NCBI GenBank assembly: GCA_030704615.1
Contig: CM060731.1
Coordinates: 21,514,001-21,578,000, forward strand
DNA: 64,000 nt
Direction of reading: 5' to 3'
Source of the DNA: Takakia lepidozioides
Lineage: Eukaryota > Plantae > Bryophyta
Shown here piece by piece: positions 11,101 through 22,608 of this stretch; positions within the stretch are counted from its first letter, which is position 1; every line of letters starts with the position of its first letter. Position numbers and translations under genes: made by a program. The notes under the pieces are model-generated. The model searched no databases, was not told the DNA's origin, and was given only the letters and a program-made list of their open reading frames with translations.

Positions 11101-14100
11101 AACTGGGGGGGTTGAAAGGCTACAGCAAACATCATCTTGAGTACATCTGGCCTGAAGACAGTACTCATTTTCTGGGACAATGTCAGGTGTATTATCATCA
11201 GAGAGCAACCTCTGCAGGACCATGAAGAACATAGTCCCTGCACTTCTGTTCATCAACTTTCAAAATCTAGAGGCTGAGCCTAAACATCTGGCCCCGTTGG
11301 GGTCTAATTGCTGGGCATCTCACACACAGCAAGATTGCGAGGGGCTTTCTAGACGAAACTTGAAAGCCCCAACTAGTTGTTTATGTCAAGGTAAGTTACT
11401 GAAGCGAGCCACTCACAAAGGTAGTGTCTGTTCTGCCCAAATTGGGTGTGGCTTCTATGGACGGCAAACAACGTCTCATCAGTACATTCCGGTTTTGCAT
11501 CCATTGATTCAGAGTTCCTGTAACGTCACTTGGCTGCACAAAACCAACCAGGTCTCAGATGTGTAAAGCCCGATGTCTGGTCTTCCTGGTTTTGAAGCCT
11601 TTACTTCTAATGGCCCACATAGAGATGATTTTCTTGGAGGGTGGTACTAATCTTTGCTTTTGTAGTCATTTCAGCTTTGGAAGCACTTCATGGGCTTTCA
11701 CAATTTACAGGAGTAATAAACTTGTATATTGGGGTGGGCAGCTGTCAAGGAAACATCCTGATGATGCCAACATCCTGGTTCATTTTGCACACCTTGAAAG
11801 GAAAGGAGGTATTTTCAATATAATCCAACTTCTGTGTTGAGTTTCAGAGTTCAAAGTTGAAGATTGTATGTGATTGTATGCTAGTGGTTTCAAGGTCTGA
11901 GTTGGAGTTTACAAAAGGGGAAACAAAAGGATTCTATGCGTCTGTTCTGCATTGGGCTCGCCTCCTTGTCTCTTCCACTAATATTCATTTCTGGAATCTT
12001 GTCATTGATATTATAACTTTTCTTCTATGCACTATATGCATCTCTAATATTGTTTCTTGTACTGAGTTTAGGCTGAACTCATGAAACTGATTTTGATAAT
12101 TATGGTTGAAGTTTAGCATTCTACAACTGATAAACTTCTCTGATGTTTTTTGCAGGGGATTCGGTAGCAGCTGGAGCCTTTTACTCCAAGGCAATCCAAG
12201 CATTCAAGGAACAAGGAGATCGTGGTTTTGCCTATGTACGTGCGCTGCAGGCCTGGGGCTCATTGGAGGCTCAGGCTCGCAATACAACCTGGGCACGATT
12301 CCTCTTCATCGAATCCATTCGTGCTGCTCGCAAGGTAAATGAGCTTGTTGTTTCTTTCTGAATTGGAAAATGTTCACCGCTATCAATTCCCTGTTGTCAC
12401 CGGCTGTCCATTGAGAGGTGTGACAAGTGCCTGATAAGGAATACTCCATCATATTGTATTACTCTCGTTTCCGTTTGTGGTGGCTTTTACATAGTTTGAT
12501 CCAGTACCTACACTAAGAGAGGTCCAGGGAGCTTGCGACGTGTCAAGGGTGGAAGATTTGTGAGCTCAGTTGTGTTCGGTGATTGAGCTGACATTGGGGT
12601 TCCTCATTGCAGGGAGAGACACAAGGTCAGAATGAGCTAAAGGGGGGGGGTGTCTTTGGACTTCATGCATGGGCAATGCTGGAGCAAAAACTAGGGAATT
12701 GGGGTAAGGCGCGTATTCTGTTAGAAAGGGCAGAAAGCCTCCAGCCAGGTAATGCTGTTGTCCTCCAAACAAGAGCCCTTCTGGAGGCACAGGCCCATAA
12801 CTATGCAGCAGCCCGCTACTACTTCCGTCTTGCTGTTGAGGTAGCCCCTGACGATGTCAAGTGCTGGCAGGTAAGGATGGTTTTACAATCATTTTGCAAG
12901 CTTCCTCACTGTACTTCTTGACCCGGTACCTTGACAAAAAGGCCATGCCTAGTCTGTCAACCTTTGTTTAAGTTGCGGTCTCCCTTGTTATTGGTCATGG
13001 GAAGTCTCTCAAATCTGGTTTCTCAAGATGATTTGTGCCTTACTGGAAGGAGCTGTCTTGCTGCAGGCATGGGCATTGTTCGAGGCCAGTCAGGGCAAAC
13101 CAGGAAAGATGCGGCAGTACTTCAAAAAGGCCCTTGAACTAGAACCGGAGGATATGCACTCGTTGCAGGTCTGCTTCTCTGGTCCCCAATTCCATATCAT
13201 TCCTGATGGCATGAAAGTGTGATTACTCAACTTCTAAGATCTCAATGGTGTGATTGTAGTAACTGAGTATTGTGTCAAAGTTTGGCAGTTACAGCTAGTT
13301 CAGTAAGGAGGAGGGAATTGGAAACATTATACATGTGCTTTACTGTTTCAGGCCTGGGCACATCAGGAAGCTTTAATTGGCTCTGATGCGTCAAGAGTGC
13401 GTGCCAGAAAGCTGTATCAACGTTGCGTTGAAGTGAACCCTGAGAGTGTGCACTCCTGGCAGGTAGATTGCTGTCTCTTACACGCTTTCCCTCTCTCTCC
13501 ATGACCACGTACACGATATTAACATGTTGTCGTTGAGAGTTGTTAGGTGTTTCTTCTGGTGTAGTTAGATATAATGGCTGGGCATGAGCATAATTTCAGG
13601 CTGAGCTTCATATCCTGGTATCTGTGACTAGTCCTGTGTAGTCAGTACTCTGCAGGGACTTGGATAGCAAGAGCCACAACCAATATTTGGAGGAAAGATC
13701 ACTTGATACATGTCTACCTCTCGCACTTCTCTCTACTGATATCCTCTTTTTAAATCAGTTGTTTCCTTACAGCAATAGTGGAGAGAGCTTGGAAATTGAC
13801 CTCCTTACAAATGACATGAATGTTTATCCCTTTGTGAAGTGCAGGCATGGGCAATACTGGAGGAAAAGGCTGGTAACTTCCCTGGGGCTCGTATTCTTTT
13901 TGAAAGGGGAATTGGTGCTAATCCTTCCAATGTTCCCTGTCTTCAGGTGGTCTCTCTCTCTTTTCATCTCCTATAGATATGGATTCCTGTAGAAGGTGAC
14001 CAAATCCTGTCTGCTTCTCAGTTAGATCTTGAAGTTAAGCCGTCTTGTGGAGGTTTGTGACCATACGTGTTTGTTAGTGGTTATAGGCTTATGCACATAT

Positions 14101-14747
14101 GGAGCGGGTCTGTGGAAATTTGGAGGCTGCCCGAAAGTTATTGCGGGCTGCTCTTACTGTGGAACCTGAGAACGCTCCTAGCCTGATGGTGCGTGCTATA
14201 TAGTTTCTGATGTTTCTGTTTATTTGGAAGGTGACATGTTATGAGAACCAATGCTCTTTGACAGTCTTCTCCAACAGAGGATGAGAATGACTGAGGGTTG
14301 AGATGGCTAGAATGGATTGTCTTGCTGTGTGTTGGGTCTCAGCAGAGGTGCTATATTGGGGTCACAAGCATACTGAAATGACACTGTGCTCATGTAGAAT
14401 TTGGTGTCATTGAAGTGTGGAATTATGTATTGGTGGATTTCCATGTACAGGAATCGGCTCTTGTGGAACAGGGTTTGGGAGACGAAGAAGCAGCGGCAGA
14501 TTTGTTCAAGCAGGCTGGCATAGCAGACAAGCGAAAGAGTCGTGTAAAACGACAAATGTTCGAGTCCCGTAAGAGAACTCCGCACTGGAAGAAACCCCAA
14601 TCGAATCAAAGTGCAAAGAAGGGTGGCACGTCAAGCAGTAGAAATTTTAAAAAGGATGCACCTGCAGAGAAGCAAGTTCTGGAGGGGTATGTGACTGCAC
14701 GACTCCCAAATAGTGATGTGGGTCTGTCACAATCAAGTGAAAGTTAG
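5117..14747 (+). CDS. CRSH: Ca2+-activated RelA/SpoT homologue (CRSH/RSH4-type (p)ppGpp synthetase, EF-hands) with C-terminal HAT/TPR repeats; 13 exons, ~1404 aa
   Basis: Exons 5117-5783, 6617-6984, 7418-8359, 8549-8848, 9968-10687, 11742-11808, 12156-12334, 12613-12870, 13067-13168, 13352-13462, 13845-13946, 14087-14188, 14451-14747, all GT-AG with matching phases. Motifs: YAPLAHAIG, GRFKSRYS, DVLGLRVI, RLKDY..PKQNGYESLH, EIQIRT, AEGGVASHSLYK. EF-hands DRNQDGLISMDE and DSNTDGTVSIEE. Repeats of the form AWA.LE...G....AR..F. Confidence 0.88.
5788..5958. repeat. ~90-bp tandem duplication (2 copies) at the start of CRSH intron 1
   Basis: TTTCATTTCCCTT.GCT.GTCC.ATTATTAGGCTTT.AGTGCTTCCCAGTTCCAATCTTATGGAAACTGCAGCTTTTT occurs twice. 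Confidence 0.85.
8877..9556 (+). mobile_element. 5'-truncated LINE fragment (RT C-terminus and 3' end) in CRSH intron 4
   Basis: MPNTRYPKIMESISWKQDRPVKQAKSW...GLPTLGTGLKFKLRAGSLPLN is near-identical to the LINE ORF at 60722-61711 (-). Flanked on both sides by (TC)nCCTCT. Confidence 0.85.
10735..11420 (+). mobile_element. LINE 3'-end fragments in CRSH intron 5
   Basis: ACVKGFLEEIWKARTNCLYQGKY matches ACVKGFLEDIWKTRINSLYDGKSY at 60538-60750 (-). The GGCCGTAAGGCTATGGCAAGCC tail is shared with 9505-9555 and 35255-35293. Confidence 0.7.
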
Positions 14748-15249
14748 GTAGAGCAACATTTCCTCTTGTTAGAGCCCGAGTTTTTTTTCAGGGGCTTCTG
14801 TATTGTATTAGAAAGTGGACTGAGAAGAGGTTTGATTGTATCTATGAGTGCAGCATTGCCACTAGCAAAAAGTTGCTGTTTGAGATATTTCCACAGTCAT
14901 TAGTATGGAGATTGATGGGCTTGGAGTCTGTTTATTATTGAGTCCACCCTTTTTTCAATCTGTACACTGGAAGGTGGTTTATCTAGATACACTAGTTTTA
15001 CTGTAGTTTCACTGTAGCTGGAGATTTCAGACATTGAACAGCATTCATTCAGCCCATGTGAAGGCAGTGCCAAGGCTGCCCTGCCACAATGGGATTCAGT
15101 TGAATAAGAGAGAAACATAACAATGGAAAGTTTGTTAGAGTCTCTGAGTACTTGTATGGTTCATTCTTGTGTGCAGAGGAAGTGTGGTAACTGTTGTTAC
15201 ATCAGATTCATTTGGGGTATTGTAATTGACCCACCGATGAGATTAGTTA

Positions 15250-16340
15250 CATTAGCATGACCCCCCACTAGGACAAGTAGATCTACTGGAGTACGGGAGT
15301 TACATAGCAGTAGTATTCATGGTGCGCACAGCTTTGGATAAGCTTCTGTTCCTCCCATACAGCGATCTCTACAGTAACACTCTTTCTTCATGGTTTCAAG
15401 CCAGTCTGTGCATGGTTTGATGCATATTACCGCATGAACGACCAACTCTGTCATAGGACTTCCATGAGCTTCTTTACAATCCATGTCAAAAGCTGATGCC
15501 GAACAATTATGAAGGGACTCCAGAACACACATCACTACAGTGGAACTTGTTGAATCCAGATTCTGTTTCATAACCATTATAGAGCAGAAAGTAGTACACA
15601 CACAAAGGCCTCCTCCCTTGCTTGTGATCAAACCAAGAGTCAAACATGAATATGTTCCCATTTCCTGAAATCAGTGAAATGAGATCTCTCGCCTCACACT
15701 GATCCTGTTTTGCACACACACACCCACATTTTCTGCAAAGTGAATGATGTTTCAATCCAGGAAATACTACATCCACAGTGAATTCTACGGAGGGCGTGGA
15801 TCCAATTTGTGAAGTCGGTTGTCCTCCCAGCTTTGCTATCCCTGCTTGACCGCATGGGGTGAGATTCAAATATTCATAACCAGACATTGGCAAGAGGTTT
15901 GTATTTTCACCGAACCATATTGGATGTGGTATCCCTTAGATTGCAGCTGCTCCAACAAGTTCCCCTCACAAGGTCTTCCCCCGCTGCTACCAAAACTAAT
16001 GATGCATCCTGCAAAATCAAAGATATGTCATAAAGTTATCAAGATCATTCAGAGCACTCCTCGAGGTACGTTTCCTCTCTCTCTCTCTCTCGGCCCTACG
16101 GCGACGACCATTGGAACCGGGAGCCCCACCTCCATGGTCCTTAACCTTGGGAACCTTGTCAAGAATGTGTGATGTTTGGGTGGCCATGGAAGCAGTATCA
16201 ACTTCCGGAGACTCATCCAGGTCAGGAGATGAAGAGGGACAAGAATTATGGGAGGTTGATTTCTTCTTAGTGTCCACAATGTGATCATTCTAGACAAATC
16301 TCCCAAAACTTCCATACCATGGTAACATCTCATCAAACAT
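15250..16340 (-). mobile_element. Possible highly degenerate LTR retroelement remnant
   Basis: PPT-like GTGGGGGGTCA-TG on the minus strand near 15258-15270. Frameshifted gag-like string (KQGRRPL..YY). Weak support only. Confidence 0.3.
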
Positions 16341-16749
16341 CTCCTTGGTGAAACTGACAGGTAGTTTGTAGCTTGTCTCTCAACCTTGGACTAAAGATCT
16401 TTAGAAAGATCTCATTCTCTATTTTTGTTTTTGGAAAATAAAAATTCTAATTCTAATTCTAAAGATCTAAACCTTATAGCCATCACCAATAATAATTTAA
16501 TCCTTACTTTTCTTGCTGCAAGGATTGCTTAGAGTCATTCTAAGAAAATTATATTTGGAACTAGGGTTGCACACTGACGAGGTCATGTCAAGTTACATGA
16601 AACCTGACGCCGACGCGGGCCTGCGTCATGTCTTAAAATAAGTACATGTAATCGGGTGTAAAAATGAAAATGTTTGCTAGCTGTCCCGCTTTTATCCAAA
16701 AAAATTAATTAAAAAACAAATCAGGACCGCCAGCTTTGGCGGTCCGGAC

Positions 16750-17215
16750 CAGTGTTGGACTGGTATATAGGTGAAGGACTGGTATCTGTACTGGTATATG
16801 CACTGGTCTTAGATACCAGACCAGTCTGGTATCATTTGGGAGAATACTTGGTCATATACCAGACCAGGCTGGTATCAGTCTTTCATACCAGCCACAATAC
16901 CAGTACTCCACCACCGTCTTCCTCATTTACTCTGGTATACATACTGAATTAATTTATGTACATATTGGTACTTAAGTTTATTTACTTCTATATGTATATT
17001 TTATTTGTTTTCACTTGATACTTGCCATTTGATAAATTTGTAACTCAAGATGGCTTTGGAATGATACCAGAGTTGATATCTCATACCAGCTGGTATTGTG
17101 GTCATGATACTCATATTGTGGTCATGATATTCATACCAGTATCTGGAAAAGAAATACATCCACCATTATATAGACCAGTCTGGTGTGTAAAAAACTTGAT
17201 ACCAGTCCAACACTG
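16750..17215. mobile_element. Non-autonomous hAT-type MITE (466 bp)
   Basis: Perfect TIR CAGTGTTGGACTGGTAT / ATACCAGTCCAACACTG. 8-bp TSD GTCCGGAC at 16742-16749 and 17216-17223. Many subterminal CTGGTAT/ATACCAG motifs. Confidence 0.85.
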
Positions 17216-18441
17216 GTCCGGACGACCGGGCTTTATCCAAAAAAAAAACAAACAACAAACTGGCACAGCCAGCCTAGTTGACAATCCTAATTTCATACCT
17301 AAATATATTTTTATTTTTCTTGAAGAAATTGGATTTGCTATCCCAAAATTATCATAAACAAATTGGGACCACCAGAAATGGCTGTCCCAGATTTTTAATG
17401 AAACTTACAAAACAAGCCTCAAGCGGCAATTGGCTCTCTTGCGTTGTTTTGGCACAACATAAGAGGAAGGTAAGACTAACAATGTAGTAGATTTTAGTAT
17501 GCAAAGTGAAGTGAACTCAGAACGGCTGCAGTCACCATGTGAAGGATAAAGAACATGGGCAAAGGGGTTCACCAGTTTAAGCCCCCGGCGGAAAACTGAT
17601 GAACCGACATGCTGCGTGTCTTTACCGAGCATAAAAATCGCCTCAAACCTCAAACATCGTGTGCTGATTCAACCAGTAACACCCCCTAACACACTCATAG
17701 GAGAGCCCACACCCCTATAGAAAAGCTATCTTCTTTCATTAGACTTGTGGCCAAAATCCCACACAAGTCCCATATACATCCCAGTTGCTGAGCCAGTCAA
17801 CAATGTTATTGACCTAAGTCATAGCCTAATAAAGAATCATAAATAAGAATCACATGAATTCTGTACAATCTGAGAAGGCTGTAAATATTTGTGATAGAAA
17901 TTCCTATCTTTATCTACAGGTATTGATCTGAGAACGGTTTTTCAAAATCCAATATCGGCCGGTTTCTCATAAAGCCGATGTTATGGGTCTAGTTCTCAAT
18001 ACCCTGATCAATACCCGCCCAACACTTGCACAGACAATGCTTCTGGCTGAAAACTGAGAGTGTGCCCAGTGAGCAAGGGATTGAGTGGGGGAAATGGCAC
18101 ATGACATTCCCATGACTATAGGCTATGAGGGACAGTCCCTACAACCCATCAGAAACCGGGTGCTCAGATTGCCACCCATCAGGTTATGCAACTCAGACTC
18201 AAGCTCTCAGCCTTAGGCCCAGCAAAAAACAAAACGTCCGCTCAGTGGTTCTTGGATTGAAGGGTCATTATCGTCATCTACAAGCATGTCTATGATGTTA
18301 AGGGTAGCGGACTGGAGACCATGCGAGGTTGGGAATGCATACTGGTATAGAAGGGCTCCTGCAGACAAGATCTTCCTATGAACTGAGACCTCCATAAATG
18401 CTAAGGAGTTGCAAATAAAGCAGAAAAAGATGCCCTTTTTG

Positions 18442-21223
18442 TTACCCTAGATTCAAACTCTGTCTTCGTTGCTTAGAAAGGAACCAATACAACAACCCTG
18501 CTACAAAGAAGCCGACAAACCAGGAATTGTCATAGAGAGCTGCAAGCACCCTTGGAATTCGCTGAACTTGACCTGCTGCAAGAAGAAACCCAGGGATATT
18601 TGGTGCAATGCCAGCAATAAGGGCCAACACAGCTGAGACGTTGAAGCCTTTTGTGTACCAATATGGGCCTGATTCATCCATGGAGTAGAGAGCTCCAATA
18701 TCGAGGGTCCGACGCCTGACTGCGAAATACTCGACCAGCATAATCCCCCCCACAGGACCCAGTAAGGCAGAGTACCCTATCAGCCAGGTGAAAATGAAGC
18801 CCTGGCTAGATTGGATTAACCGCCAGGGGGCCAAGAGAATTCCAAGAATAGCTGTTAAAAGCCCACCACCTCTGAAGGAGAAGATAACAGGGTTCAAATT
18901 CACAAATGCATTAGCAGGGGCAACTATGTTAGCGGCAATATTGGTTGTCAGGGTTGCCAAAATAACCCCCACTAGAGAGAGAAGGATGGGAAAGAAACCA
19001 CCAATTAGCCCCAGCACTTCGATTGGATCAGATATTGCCCGCCCAAATATCACCACTGTTGCTGAGGTGACAGCCAGACCCACGAATGTGAAGGCCGCCA
19101 TAAAGAGAGGGAGACCTATTGCTTGCCCTGTCAGCTGATCACCCTGGCTCTTTGAGTACCTTGTGAAATCTGCATCAAAATGCAACAGTTAATGAGCTGT
19201 CAACATAATGGAAGACCAAAATTTGGACGAGGTTTGACAGTTGAATTAACATAATCCATGGATTGCGATTTGCAAGTCAAATTATGGTAGCCAGAGCTTT
19301 ACCTGGTGAAGCAAAAACTTACTCATATGGCAATTTGCAACTCACTGCTATAATAAGTGGATATACTTTCTGGCAACAAAGCTGGAAGTCCCAATGGGAA
19401 GAGAGAGAGCTCCCAAAGAAGCTATTGCACGGAAAGACTCTGCTTGCAATACCGTGTCCATAAACCTCATCTCCATGGGAAGGAGACAGGAAAGAATGTA
19501 CACTTAGTATAATACTTAGTCATCACACATGCTGTACCATTGACAGACACAATCACTTCTCCCAGTTGTGTGACTACTCAGTGTGGACCCGCTATGGTTC
19601 TAGCATGCAAAACAACCTGGTTTGATGCAAACTAGTCTATCGGGTCAGTAATGTTTTTATTGAAAGAGAAAAGGAGAAAAGAGAGAGAACAACAGAAAGA
19701 AAGAAATGAAATGGTACTTTATAACGTACGTGGAAAGAAAGCAATTTATTGAATCCACAGGAAGCCAAAACGCCCAAAGGACAGAGAGGAAGAGACAGAG
19801 TGAGAGAGGGGGAGTGGGTGGTGTTGGTGTTTCGATGGGAAGTACCAGGTATGTTAAGGCTGAGAGTTGCCCAAAAACCGACATTGGCAGTCAATGCAGG
19901 GAAAAAGGTTTGCCAAAACTGGCCAGCTTTAGGTCCTCCGGGCACGAACTGTGAGGGAGTCGACAGCATTGGGCCAAACCCACCCGCAGCTACATAAGCC
20001 CATGCAAGCAGCGCGCCTGACAAAACAATCAGAATCGGCGCACAGTACTTTTCCAGCTCTCGAATGCTCTCTATTCCATTCCATATAATCCCAACCTGCA
20101 GGCCAGCCAGAAAAGTTTCGATCGTCAACTTCTAACCAAAAAAGTGCACTTGAAGGTGGGGGGAAGACATCAAAAAGCGGAATTGCACCTGTAGCAACCA
20201 GAAGATCATGAAGCAGCCGAATTCAGAAGCGCTGATCCCAAGCCACGAAATCACAGGCCCAACAAATCCGCCCTTCGCAAGAGTATTCAGGAGCTGGTAA
20301 ATTGCGTTGCCTCCTATCCATGTCTGTATTCCAAACCATCCACATCCCACTAAGGCCCTCAATAGAGCGGGTACACTAGCCCCTCTAATCCCGAAGGAGG
20401 CTCTCGCTAAAACAGGAAAAGGGACTCCATACTTGGTACCCGCATGCCCACTCAAGATCATGGGGATCAGTACCACCAAATTTGCTATGAACACTGTGGC
20501 TATCCCCTGCCACCAGGCCATACCCAATTCCACTAACGAACCTGCCATGTAGTATGTGGGAACCCCCACAACGAGGCCCACCCACAGGCACGCCATGTCC
20601 AAAACTGAGAAGATTCGGCCTTCCGGCATGGTGGGTGCAAAATCGCTGTTGAAGAGGGATTTGTTGGGATTCTGGGGAGTAGATGGACAAATGGGCTCCA
20701 GCATTGCCCTTGCCATTTTGCCGGGAATATCCACATATCCACTTGAAGCCCTAATAGCGCTTGAGGTCGTCTGGTTATCTTCCTCTGCAAATGATGCTGA
20801 ATTGTCGACAGTCTCCACAGTTACCTCCTCTTTGTCTGAGCTTGCATAATTCAAAAGCCCCTCGGACTCCTTGCCCCGCTTCTTCCATTTCCAACCGAAT
20901 AAACCTTTCACAGAAGGTCCAGAATCCGACCAAAGACCTGTGTTTTTCCATCCCTCTTTTGTAATCCACCTGCTGGAGTTAGAAAACCCAGCAAAATCAC
21001 CCATTTTCACCACCCCACATTTGGAGCTGTACAAGTTTGTGAAAGGTGGGGAGAGATACACATTTCTGCAGGGAGAGGGGCTAAGACTTGTCTTACGGGT
21101 TCTAAATAGTAAGGGAGCTGTAAAAGTAGCTGGCACAGTTAACCTAGAGCTGAGGTGAGATATGTATGGACTCGTGAATTTGGACTTTGCATCACAACAT
21201 GGAAACATCTGCATAAGGTTCAA
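18442..21223 (-). CDS. NCS1: Nucleobase:cation symporter-1 (NCS1, PLUTO-like plastid purine/uracil permease); 3 exons
   Basis: Exons ~21223-20189, 20095-19846, 19169-18442. Motifs [68 protein letters not shown]. Ser-rich, transit-peptide-like N-terminus. Confidence 0.93.
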
Positions 21224-21284
21224 CTCGGAAACAAATACAGATGCAGCACCTGTCTCTCTCCCCCTACCCGTTCACACCTTCCCC

Positions 21285-21316
<32 letters not shown>

Positions 21317-21612
21317 GACGAACAAAAACCAAAACTCAGAACGAATCTGAAATACGTTTATATGTTTTCTACTCTGACACACTCATTTCAGCACTGGATT
21401 CAACCGAACCAGTTCACAAGGAATCTCTATCTCACTGCATTCCTGGCGTAAAAGGTTGTGTCTGCACTGCAGGGGAGCCAAAAATTGCTCAGCGAGGGAT
21501 TCAGACGGTAACCCAACGTGGAATCGTTGGTGACCACAGAACGCTTGCATTTGGAGCTGCAAAATGAAGAGAAGAATTTTGATGCAGGTATAAAAATTAG
21601 AATATCAGATAG

Positions 21613-21694
21613 CGTGCTCGGCAGGATTCGAACCTGCGCGGGCAGAGCCCACATGATTTCTAGTCATGCCCGATAACCACTCCGGCACGAGCAC
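21613..21694 (-). tRNA. tRNA-Ser(AGA)
   Basis: Reverse complement is GTGCTCGTGCCGGAGTGGTTATCGGGCATGACT-AGA-AATCATGTGGGCTCTGCCCGCGCAGGTTCGAATCCTGCCGAGCACG. 7-bp acceptor stem, anticodon stem CATGA/TCATG, long variable arm, TTCGAA T-loop, G discriminator, T5 run ~17 nt downstream. Confidence 0.95.
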
Positions 21695-22608
21695 TGCTAC
21701 GCTACAACCTGGATAGCTAATGGTTATAATTTAAATTTCTTAAGCAATATTCGAAAGGACAACCAAAAAGTCGCTCAGTACAGTGCTCTGATGGAATTTG
21801 TGAACAAGAAATTTGCAGAAACTGGCAGTTCGTGTTGCTGCTGTAAAGTCTGAGACTTGTTCATTTGTATTCCCTACTCGTGAAGATTATGTAAAAGTCT
21901 CGAGAGATAGTGGAGTCCCAGTTGAAGCATCAGTGTGGTTGATAGAATTTGTTGCTTCATTTGATCATCATTCTCTCAGACTCCCACTTTTAACAGTTGG
22001 AGCAGGTCTCAGTTGCTATTTGGACACAGCCAGGAAACAGGGTTACATTGCCCAACAAATTCTCTGGGTATTGATGACTGAAGAAATTTCAGCACTCCTC
22101 TTCCCAGATCTATGTAACCATCCAACTCAAATACTCCTGCTTACACTTAAGTCAGGAACATATCTCTTGAGTCTTGGATTCTTGGGTAGGACCAATACGA
22201 TGTTCACACATGTGTCCTTGCACAAAACCTACATATTTTATGGTTCATACTGCTGGTCCCACACAGATCTTCTACCCAGACACCCATGGTGGAAAAAGGG
22301 TGGAGCTGGTAAAGAATTTAAGAATGCTTTGAAACATCTTGATATGAATGAAACAACTGTTCCTCTCATAGCCAAAAAGACAACTGGGCTGCCTGGAGTG
22401 TCCTTACAGTATGTGTAGGGCCAATGCTGGTGTCCTCTTCCATATGCTTTAATGGCCTCAACAAAACATAAATCTGAGCCTCTCCTACAAAACATAAATC
22501 TGAGCCTCTCCTACAAAACTTGATCTACCATCCTTCGACCAGACCAGCGTTGCCATTTTGTGAACAATTTAATCATTGCTCGTGTGGTTGTTACATACTA
22601 AATTTCAG

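Noticed and set aside
17915-18030. Partial inverted-repeat sequence ending CCAACACTTG, hAT-MITE-like
   Set aside because: Only one recognisable end and no TSD.
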